From positions 38,712,764 through 38,762,363 of the forward strand of contig NC_068996.1 of the NCBI RefSeq assembly GCF_001194135.2: 49,600 bases of DNA. Reading direction: 5' to 3'. Below the pieces are notes generated by a model. The model was not told the origin of the DNA. It saw nothing but the letters and a program-made list of their open reading frames with translations, and made no database searches. This DNA is from Octopus bimaculoides (taxonomy: Eukaryota). The translations under genes and the position numbers were made by a program. Of this stretch, positions 21,608-33,300 are shown in pieces; the stretch's first letter is position 1, and each line of letters begins with the position of its first letter.

Positions 21608-24600
21608 CATCATAATAATTATGGTTCTGATAAAAAATATTGTTCTTTGGTAAAAGCTAGAAAGATTAACATGGAAAAGATTTACCACATTATTCATTAG
21701 TTTAAGGATTAAATTTGATTATTAAGATGTTAGAAGACAGATGGATGCAGTAAAACTACGGTGAACAAATAAACAAATGTATTGGTACATTATTTACATT
21801 TGATGGATATTTGGCCCCATCTTGTTTGTTGTTAACACAACATTTCGGCTGATATACCCTCCAGCCTTCTTCAGGTGTCTTGGGAAAATTTCGAACCTGG
21901 GTTCTCATTCCTAAGGTATTTGTCGATGTTATTATTATTATTCAGGTCACTGCCTGGAATCAAACTCAGAATCTTAGGGTTAGTAGCCTGCGCTTTCAAC
22001 CACTATGCCATATGCCAGTGGCATAGTGGTTAAGAGCAAGAGCTACTAACTCCAAGATTCTAAGTTCGATTCCAGGCAGTGACATGAATAATAATAATGA
22101 TAATAATAATAATATTGAAAAATACCTTAGGAATGAGAACCCAAGTTCGAAATTTCCCCAAGACACCTGATGAAAGCTGGAGGGTATATCAGCTGAAACG
22201 TTGTGTTAACAACAAACAAGATGAGGACAAATATCCGTCTAATGTACATAATTCCTCATCTCTTGAATATAGAACTGAAATGTATTGGTGTTAAACCAGG
22301 TTTAAGTTAGTGGGGATGTGAATTGTTTAGCGTTTTTGAATGCTGTTGATCAATCCTGTAAATAATTTTACTAAGGTGAAGTAGTGTTGTGAATAAACAA
22401 AAACAGCATTGTTTTTTTCTCATGTCAAGTATTTTTCTGTTTGAATAAAGCAGATTACTAGCTTTCAAATTTCAATAAGTTAAAGTCGTTTAATCTCTCT
22501 CTCTTTTCAGTTAAATTGTAGAACTTCCAATTATATCCACTCATTTATCAATAGCATAACTTTATTATTGGTCAGCTTCAAATTTTTAGATACAGGAAAT
22601 TTCAGAACTTCTTACTTTTCATTTACAAGTACTTTGATGTACAATACCAGCACAAAATTCCTTAATCCCTCATCCTTTAAACTGGCCACATCCAGCCCAA
22701 ATATTCTACCTGCTTTATGTTCAAACTGACCTGATTTCTTCTGTTATACTTCAGCCTTTCACCACCTGGCATGAAGCAATCGCCCTCTCTATTAAAACCA
22801 CATTCAGACAAAGGAGGACTTTTCTTTTGGCTTGCAAGCTACTTGGTGACCTCACTAGGGTCAGTGTCATAATAAAAATGCATCCAGTACACTCTGTAAG
22901 GTCGTTAGCATCCAACAGTAGAAACCATGCCAAAGTAGGCTTGGGAGCTCAATGCAGTCGCTTGATTCACTGGATTCCATCAAATTGTTGAACAGGGAAG
23001 ACCAACAGATGATGATGTTGAGTAATTGCTAACTGACCCAGATTAAATGATACATGTTGTGAAAATGTTTCATCAAATGTCTTACATGAAATGAATTATA
23101 CTCTTTATTTGCTTACAAGAAATGAATTATATTCTTTATTTGCAGGCCAAAAAAGGACCTAATGAATGACGAAGTAGTTGATACTTTTTCTAAGAAAAGA
23201 TGTTTAGCATGGTTTCAAGAATACTCTGGCTCTGGTGAGATTGCTTTTTATATAATTATTTCTTATTGAGGCATCATACTTGTGTCCTCATTATTTTATA
23301 TTACATTTTGCAAGAGGTATCTTTTCTTTTTTTATCTTTCTGTCATTGTGACATTGTGAACATTATTTTGCAGTATATTTTGACCACATGTGAAAATGAT
23401 ATATAGTTTGTATGCAAACCACTAAACCACTCATTACTTTCAAGTTAGTTTTATGCTTCACTGAGTTGCTCCCTTTTGTCCTTACATGTTCTGCTGCCAG
23501 GTTAATGAAAATGGGGTTAATTATTCAGTGCTTGGCCTAGAATATGGTTTTAATATACAAGGGATGAGATACAAACATATAATTCTTCAGCAACTAAACC
23601 GATATATCTTATTGATTCAGCTGTTCTGACTCTTCTTACCTGTTCTGCAAAATACTTGCCCTGGAAACAACAGCATGTTATGGAACTGGGACCATAACTT
23701 ATTGGGTCAGTGAAAATCTTCTTACGTTCCAATGAAATATAGTCAGTTTAAATTATTTATTTTTTTGGACATCTCGTAGTGATTCATTTAAAAAAAAAAA
23801 AAAAAATGTTCAAGAATTATAATAAATGATTGTTCAAAAATCATTATTAAATAGATTTCTGAAATTCCTTATTAGCCAATCTCTGATAGTTTTATCTATT
23901 TCTGAAACAATTGAACCTTTGTTGAACTTACCATCACTATTTTCACTAATTCTAGTGTATTCCAGTCCTTCATTTTGAGAATTCAAGTTTTTGTTATATT
24001 TAAATGTATCTCAGTAACCATTCAAGCTTCTTATCACTCTGGTACATAAAATTGGTTTCAAATTTCGGCACAAGGTCAACAATTTTGGGAGAGGGGATAA
24101 CTTGATTACATCAATCCCAGTGCCCTGCTGGTACTTTTCCTATCAACTCTGAAAGGGATGAAAGGCAAAGTCAACCTTGGTGGAATTTGAACTCAACTTA
24201 AGGACAGATGAAATGCTGCTTAACAGTTTGTCTGGCATGCTAATGATTCTGCCAGCTCACTGTCTTACTGTGGTACATAATATTAAATATAATCCTCTCT
24301 GTAAATAAGGCATTATACTTTACAACATTTCTAGATTTATATTCTCTACTAATTGGTGAAATGCGACATATATGTTAGCCAGTCATGGCCTGAATTTGGT
24401 TGGTGATAGTCTTGAATTCATGACACTAGAGTTGGCAGTCTATCTTGTCTACTCAGCTAGTTCACATCTATACATATAGATACACACACACACAGTCACA
24501 TACAAATACAGGCATAAAATAATATAATTAAATCATTATTTTAACCCTTTAGCATTCAGACTGGCCATATCTGTCCTGCATATTCTACATGTTTTATATT

Positions 24601-26336
24601 CAAACCAGCTAGATGCAGTCTCTCACACCTACCCTACAATGTCCTTCTAAAAATAAGCAATCACATCATTAAAATCTCAACACTTAAAGATAATTCATGA
24701 TTAATTCAAAACAATGTGAATAAATAAGCATTGCATTTAACAGAGTAATCTGAATGCTAAAGGGTTAAGTCAGCCATATCTGGTCCAAATATTCTACCTG
24801 TTTTATGTTCAAACCAGCTTGATATGACCTCTCACACTGACCTTACAATGTCATTCTAAAACTAAACAATCACATCATGGAAATCTCACAGCTATGAGAT
24901 AATACATGATTGATTCAAAACAATGTGAATAAATAATTATTATATTTGACAGAATAATCTGAATGCAAAATGGTTTATGCATTAAAATATAAATTGAGGT
25001 TATTAATTCAACTTAGAAGTATTATACTTTTTTTTTTTTATCAGAAGGAGCGGATGATGATGTGATTTGTCCAGAAGGTATGGAAAAATTTTGTGAAGAT
25101 ATTGGAGTAGAACCAGAAAATGTAAGCAACTGAAATATGTCAGCATGTTATCCCTTCTTTTTACATACTATAATACTGTGTGTGTGTGTGTATTTACACA
25201 CACACACACACATACACACACATATATGTCATCATCATCATCATCATTTTAAATCTGCTTTCAATGCTGCTATGGATTGAGTGGTCCAGTAGGATCCTAG
25301 GATCTGGTGCATGCTGTTTTGCTTCAGTATCTTGGCTTTGGCATTCATTTCTACAAATGAATACCCTTTCAAATACCAACCACGGCACCAACACTAGTGA
25401 AGTCACCTTGAAACTGGCAAGACTACAGAGCACCATGAAAGAGGGCAGACAAAGAGGAAAAAATCGCAGTTTCAAGTAAGGTGTTGAAAGAAATTGATGT
25501 ATGATGGAAAGGACTGGGGTGTTTTGTCAGAAGGTCTAGTAGAGAAACTAACAGTGTGAGGGAAGGGATTTGAAGAAACAAGAAAGAAAGAATTCTGCAT
25601 ATATATATATATATATATAAATAAAATGTATGTATATGTGTATATAAGTATGTGTGTTTGTGTATATATATAAAATCATTTAACATCTGCTTTCCATGCT
25701 GGCATGGGTTAGATGGTTTGACAAGAGCTGGTTAGGCAGAAGACTGCACCAGAGTTTGGTGTCTGCTTTGGCTTTTTTTTTTTACAGCTGGATGCCCTTC
25801 CTAACACATCCAGCTCAGTGGACTGAGTGCTTTTTGTGTGGCACAGGCAAGGTTAGTTTTGGCATGGTTTTTACAGCTGGATGCCCTTCCAAATGCCAAC
25901 CACTGTACAGTGTGAACTGGATGCTTTTTACTTGGCACTAGAACTGTCAGGGTCACCAAGTAACTTGTAAGAACCTTGTGTGCCTTCAAAAACAGATGCT
26001 CATTTCATGCAAGTTGATCCATAAGCAGTCTGGAGCATCTCTTGAGTTTCTGTAGCATTTTTGTCCAGTTTACCATAGAACTTTATTGCATAGCAAGCTT
26101 CTAAATTGTCGTCACATCCTGACTGTATTCTGCAAATTAATCAGTTGTGACAAGCAGTGTTTAGTAGGGTGTATCAAAAGTGCTATTATACCCATCTCCT
26201 TCACTCTCAAATAAAAACCGTTTGTAGGTCAACTTATCAGATGTTTAGTAATGTTGTACTAAAATTACTATAATCTAAGACAGTTATAAGTGCCTCTCTT
26301 AAAAAAAGTCTCAAACCTTTTGGAATGCAACTTGCA

Positions 26337-26374
<38 letters not shown>

Positions 26375-26589
26375 CTATCTGTATCACATCCTCACTTTGT
26401 TGTTTTTTTGTTATTGTTTTTTGTGTTTTTTTGAACTTATATATATATATATAATGTGTGTGTGACAAGGGAACATGAAATTATGTAATGAACTTCATTA
26501 GCTTACAGCTGTTTCTACTATAAGATGCAATGCATGCAGAGCTGAGTGCTTGTGTAACACTCTATAGCTTCATTGGAGCTTCATTTATG

Positions 26590-26686
<97 letters not shown>

Positions 26687-29600
26687 GTGTGTGTATGTAT
26701 CTGATAAAAGTGGAACCTCGGTACTTGAAAGTGTCCACTTTGTTAAGTATTGCACTGTCTCTTACCCCACCAGAATCTCTCTCCCTCTCCCATTCTCATT
26801 ACCCTCTCTTCCTTTCCAGCCCTGCCTTCACTTATCTCTCTCCTCTGCCCTACTCAGTCTTAACTCTTATATCTGCCATCATTCTCATCACCCTCTCACA
26901 TCTACCATCACACCCCATTCACTGTAGCTGCTCTTATGTACTCCTATATCTCTTTCTCACCATTCCTATGCCTTGCACATCTTCTCCGTCCCTTCTGTCT
27001 ATCCTCCTTCCCAAACCACTTATCTCTCTCTCTCTCTTTCTCTCCCCACTTCCATACTGATATTTCTCCTCACCACATCTTCACCCTTATTCATCACAAC
27101 ATTCACCTCTACACCATTCATCTCTAATCTTCTCTTATACTCTTTGAGAAAAAACCCCTCCCCCCAATGCACTGTCTGTGTCCTCTCTTACAGTGTGTAC
27201 TGGGTGCTTTCTTAGCACCATTGTCACTAATGGTGTTGTCAAGAACCTTGCAAGACAAGAAAAGAACGGGGGGGGGGGAGAAAAAGCCCAAAACTAAGTG
27301 AGGTGAGGAGTATTTGAGAAGGGGAGGTGACTTCATGTTAGTTGTTGAGAGACTAGGGTATAATAGAGGGACAAGTAAGATGTCTTGTTACAGAAGCAAT
27401 ACCCAACATTATAAAGGTGAATGGAAGCAGCTGGGAAGAAGATGAAATGGTAGAGATTGGGTGCCAGAGCAAACTCTCCAGATACAAGAAGGTCAAGATA
27501 AGAGTCAGCAGGTAGAGCCAGTGATGCACATTATAGAAAATACTCAGTAGTGTTCAGATCATTTGAGCATATCGTTAGTATTCTTACCATTTAACATGTT
27601 TACATCATTGTTTAACATCCATCTTCTTTGCATACATGGGTAGGACGGTTGACAGGAGCTGGCCAGGTAGAAAAACTACCTTATGCTACTGTGTCTGTTT
27701 TGGCAGGGTTTTTATGGCTGGATGCCCTTCCTAACACCAATCATTCTGCAGAGTTGACTGGTTGCTTTTTACATTGGTTTCATTTCTTTCTATTCAAGTT
27801 CCTAAATGTGTGAATGTGTTTGTTGCGATATAGTTTAAATGGTGAAGAAGTAGGACCAACATATATGTATGTGTGTGTGTGTGTGTGTAAATATTGGTAA
27901 TCATTTTCAACTATTTACAACACTAATGCTGCTTTTAATTCATAATTGAATTAGCGGTAACATTATATTGGAAGATTAGATGATTAATGCATTTATGGTC
28001 TAAAGAGCAGTTAGTAGGATTAACATATTTATAATTGGTATTCTTGTATATGTTAGCTTAATTGGATAACTTCAGCTCTTACAGACTACATCACACTGCA
28101 GGAAGAAAATTTTTGAGTGTTATAAAAAACTCTATCATATCTATGATATTGTTAACCACTCCTATAGACAGGACTCCATTGTAGTATGATGCTGATTAAT
28201 TAAATATTTGTATAATGGTGGAAAAATTTTGGGTTTCTAAGCGAAATGTTCTAAACAAGATTATTGTTTTTCTGGTGGTTAGATAGAAAGCATATGTAGT
28301 GTAAAGACTCATTTGATTTCCTAACAGGATATCAGAGTGAATAAGAATGGTCTTGTGCTAGATCTAGGAAGCCCACTTCATGAATGTTGGCCTCAATAAT
28401 GATAGTGAAACCAAACTTCTTTGAAGAACAAAAGTAGGTTATCTTTGATTCTGTCAGTCCTCTGTAGATTGTAGTTTCTTGATAATAATAGGCCATAATC
28501 TTGGTATAGGCCTCTTTTTTAATGCTGGAAGTAAGAAAAAGACAAATGAGAGTGCTGATTTTCTCTGATTGTTGAATCCATGTTTAAATTAGTTGGAGTG
28601 TTTGTGTGTGGATTTTTGAATGTATAAATCATCTTGGTGCCTTAAAATTCATGAATTATTTTATGAACTGTCACTAGGCTCTTGCTGTTGGTTATGGATT
28701 TGACAGTTTAAAAGGGACTTATTTAAAATAGGGAATGTGACTAAATATCAAACAAAATAGTCTATACAGAAAAAATCTTTCCATATTAATGCAATTGTAT
28801 GAATACTTCAGTACATCCATCTTTATCAAAGACATACTTTTATACTCATGATAAAACTATGGATATTTTAGAATAATCAAACAATTGTATAGCATTATAT
28901 CGATATGTATGTATGTGTGTTTACATACATATATTTCTTGATACCAAGTGGTATCAGAGGAACAAAATTTTGCTTATGGAAGAATTTTAGCCTCAAACAT
29001 AAGTTACAAAACACTTATTAGTAAGACAGAGGTACTAGATACTAATGTTAGTAAATTATATACAAGGGGGTGCTAGAAAGTTCCTGGCTTTAAGTGTATC
29101 ATGAAAGGGCTGGTTGGAGGCTCAACCTTTAGTTCTTTTACAGGACTTAGAGAAACTGAAGGACTGTTACAGTGTATGAATCTGAGAGGGAAATATGTTG
29201 AATAAAAACATAATTAACTGATCCTCCTGCATTTTCTTTTACCCAAAGCCAAACCCACTCATAGCTTATATTTGCAGCTTGTGGGTCAGAAATATTAAGT
29301 GTTTGAATGTATTTCCCAATTAATGCTAGTAGCTAGACACATGTCTTTAGCTAGTAGACTTGTTTCCTGAAAATATGGCCAGCAGTGGCTTTTTAAATTT
29401 ATTCAAAAAATTTGGACAGCTGTCAAATTTACCCTTTTGATTTTTATTTTAGTCACAATAAGCTTCAATCTTTATGCAAAGGTTATGTACTGATTTGATA
29501 ATATATGTTTGTGTGTAGCTGTAAAAACCCTGCCAAAACTGACAGGGTAACCTGGTGCAGTCTTCTACCTAGTTGGCCCCTATCAAATCATCTGACCTAT

Positions 29601-30257
29601 GCCAGCATGGAAACAGGCATTATATGATGATGATGATGATTTATGTCAGTGAATGTATATGTGAGGGCTTAAATGGGAAGACATGTATAAATGTGTACCC
29701 TTTATTTGTGTGTGTGTGTATATGTATGCTTTTTTTTTTCCCTTTTTTTACAGAGCTCAAAATCTAAAAGCATTTTTTTTGCAGCCTTGAGCTGTCATTG
29801 AAACTAGCTGGTTCTGTGGTATCAACTTGAAATCGCCTTTGTTTATATTTCCTTAGCAGAGATCTTTTGGGCAAAAATAAAACATTTTTTATTGAATTTA
29901 ACTGTTTCCTAATTTTGAAATGTAGTTTTAAGAAACAAAATAGATGTGATGATGCATGTGTGTGAATATTATTGTTATAACTATTGAAGATATAGTGTCA
30001 GAGTTACATTTTTTTTTTAAACACTTAACTTTTTTTACTCTTTTACTGGTTTTAATGATTGAATTGTAGCTGCACTGGGGCACTATCCTTAAAGGTTTTA
30101 CTCAGTCATATTAGTCTCAGTACTTATTTCAATTATATCAATTTCCATTGATCAAACTGCTCAGAGGACATAAAGAGACACAACATAAACATAGCATGTG
30201 GTTTTTATTTAGTGTAAACTTAAACATAGTCTTTCTCTCTCTTTCTCTCTCTCTCTC

Positions 30258-30302
<45 letters not shown>

Positions 30303-33300
30303 CTCACACACCCATGCATACATATGTCTTTTTTATAAGCTTCTGCATACTTTCACCTGATGCTTTTGTGGAAGTGTGCCATGCTTGCAAGGTTCCTCCT
30401 TTCTTGGATTTTATTCAACCCTTAGTAAATCCTACATTTCACTTGAAAAAAAGGACACCTAGCAGAGGCTATTAATCTGCTTGAAACTTCAACAATTTCT
30501 CTTTCAACTGAAATTCTCCTATATGTTGAAATTAATGCTTGGACTAAAGTTTTGGATGTCCTTTTTACCAGTGTAATTAAGCCTATTTTCTTAATTCTTT
30601 CTCACTGTAAACAAAATCTCTCATCCATTGAAAAGGGGCAAAACATCTGTGATGTTTATTTCACTATCTAGATCAGTGAGTCCCAACATGGGACATATGT
30701 CCCACTGGTGAGGCTTGGTAAAATTAAGATGGGGTGGGATCCCATTTTTTTTTTTAGTGGGACACGAAATTGTGAAAATCTTTATTTCACAGCAAACATA
30801 CTACACCTATACTCAGCCTAGCCAAACTAATCCCTCCAACCAAGCATACCATCTGAAGACTGTTTGCTACAGTATAATGCTCTTCTAATGCTCCAGTGTG
30901 GATATTTCTCTAAGGACATTTCATCTGTAAGGTATACATTTTTCTGGAAAGTTATAGTGGAGCCTGGGAGAAAATAGGTTGGGAAACTCTGATGTAGATA
31001 ATTTGTCTGTTTTTTTTTTGTTTTTTTTTTTTCTTTTAGATTGTAATGTTGGTACTTGCTTGGAAGCTTGCAGCTAAAAGTATGGGATTTTTTACATCCC
31101 AAGAATGGCTCAAAGGAATGTCAGAACTACAGTAAGCTAAATTTTATTAATTTTTTTTTTTTCTTTCTTTTTTTTTTTACATATAACTTTTAAAAACGTA
31201 CCTTATTTAATTATTACAAAGTTTAGTGTAAATATGGTCAATAGGTAAAAACCAGACCAGATTTTTTATTGTCTGGAACTTTCGAGTTTAAATTCCACTT
31301 GAATAGCTTTTGTTTTTCATCACTTTGATGAAAAGAATAAACTAGTATAATAGTGTAAGTTGAATATCTACTTCAATGATATGAATTAAATATACAATAT
31401 ATTTAACTTTTGCTTATTTAGGTTTTCAAGCTGTAAACTTGTGTAATTCATGACTAGATATAAGTTACTGCAGCCTGGGTTAAGATCTCTGAATAATCAA
31501 CAAATATTTCATTAACATGTTGAGTTTGAGACCAGGATCTTTTGATGTGGGTGTTGATAGAAGTACTTACATTGACACTGTTTCAACCAAACTGTGTTGT
31601 CTTTGTACCTAATGAATGATAAAATATTCATTTTTGGAGATGCAGAAGTGTAGACAATAACTATTGTTACAAACTAAAATTGTTTTATTAATGATGCTGC
31701 TTATAAGAAGTGTATACTTGCCCTTTTAATTCATTAAATCTCCTTCATTTTTTTTTCAGATGTGATACAACTTCAAAATTACGCAAGAAGTTAGATTTCA
31801 TCCGGTTATATCTCAATGATCAAGTACATTTTAAAAGTATTTACCGATATGCCTATGATTTTGCTAAGGTAAGAGGCTATAAATTAAAGTAAAAAGCATA
31901 CAATTAAAGAATAAACTTAACTTAAATATTAATTCTTCAAATATTCTGGTGAATTCCATTGTTTTTAAATTAAAGAAATAACATAAGCCTTTGGTATTTG
32001 ACAAATATAATTAAAAAGAATTTTACAACATAGAAACTTCAATTATGATAACAATATATAAACTATGACATTGCATAGTCTAGTTTAGCCAAGACCAACC
32101 AGCCCTGTAATTGAAATAATATATTTCTAAATCTCTGAGAGATTTATGCAGTAGTGGTACGAAGAAGTAGTTGTATGCTGTCAACTTAATGTGATAGTCC
32201 CATAAAAGGGAAGAATGCTACTGTTATTTAGCCCTAGGAAACACCGTTTCCTGTTGGACTTGACACATTTCCTGTGTCCTTAAGTTTTCAAAATGGAGAC
32301 AAGCACCTCCACCCAGCAAAACCAGCATCCAGAGACTAGTTTCAGAGTCATTGCTCATCATCAGTCTGGAGTAGCATGGCTTACTAGCTTGATATTTTTT
32401 TTTTTAATCTTTATTACTGGCACAAGGCCTAAACACAGATATGCAGGAACAAAAAACACATGAAAGGATGAATGTGAAATGAATAAAATTACAATGCAAA
32501 TGAGACAGCCAGCTCACTCCTGCTGTGAGATGAAACCGTGGATTCCTTTTCCTTTAAACCTTTACATTTTACATAACAATTTCTACCCTTGCTCTGAAGC
32601 GAAACAGCGACTTCCCTTTTTGCTTTTACCTTACAATTATAAACTTTTTAAACTAATGTTCATACTGGATTTACTTATTTTCTTTACTTTTTTAAAACCA
32701 AAAAGTTCAACCAAATGTTTTTCACAGTTTCTAATTAAATTACAACTTACCACTTCATCCACTCCTTTTCCACATAATTCACCACTGAGGCACAAGGCTC
32801 AACATCCACCTCCAGCCTCAGTGGGTTCAGTATATTACTATAATTTTTCTTTTTGTTTGTGTTTTTCATGTTGTCTCTTTTTGTCTCTATATTTCTGCTG
32901 TTTTGGGATTTCTTGTGATTGCATCTGTGTGTCTGTGTGTTCGTTTGACCCTAATTCTACGTGTTTCATCTGTGTGTCTATGTCTTTAAGTTTCCGTAAT
33001 TCTGGGTTGTCTTGATTCTGGTTTGAATAACTCTGTACTTGTAAGTCCTTTGCTGGTAATTTTACTGGTAAATTTTCTCCATTTCTCATTGTGGGTAGGG
33101 TTTCCTCTTCCATTGCTTTACATTTCTTCAATTTCACTTGTTGTGTTCAGCTTATTATGCCAATCTTCAGGTCTTCACTTTTCTTCCTCAACTCTGAATT
33201 AAAAATTGCACCTATGACCCATTCTGGGTCTATTGACGGGATTCTTCCCACCCTAATCCTAACGGTTCTTTTGCCCAAACAGTTTGGTATCAACGTCCAA

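Larger units (their letters stand above)
21787..22277. mobile_element. Family A palindromic element: head-to-head tRNA-like heads plus hammerhead ribozymes, Penelope-like inverted pLTR architecture
   Basis: ~230-bp inverted arms centred near 22018; A box TGGCATAGTGG 22019-22029, B box GTTCGATTCC 22064-22073; TSD AAATGTATTGGT at 21775-21786 and 22278-22289. Confidence 0.85.

Noticed and set aside
22019-22080. tRNA-like sequence as a functional tRNA gene
   Set aside because: No acceptor stem or complete cloverleaf; embedded in a repeat, so treated as a SINE-type head.
30827-31102. 91-aa minus-strand ORF
   Set aside because: Antisense shadow of coding exon 4 and its poly-T tract.
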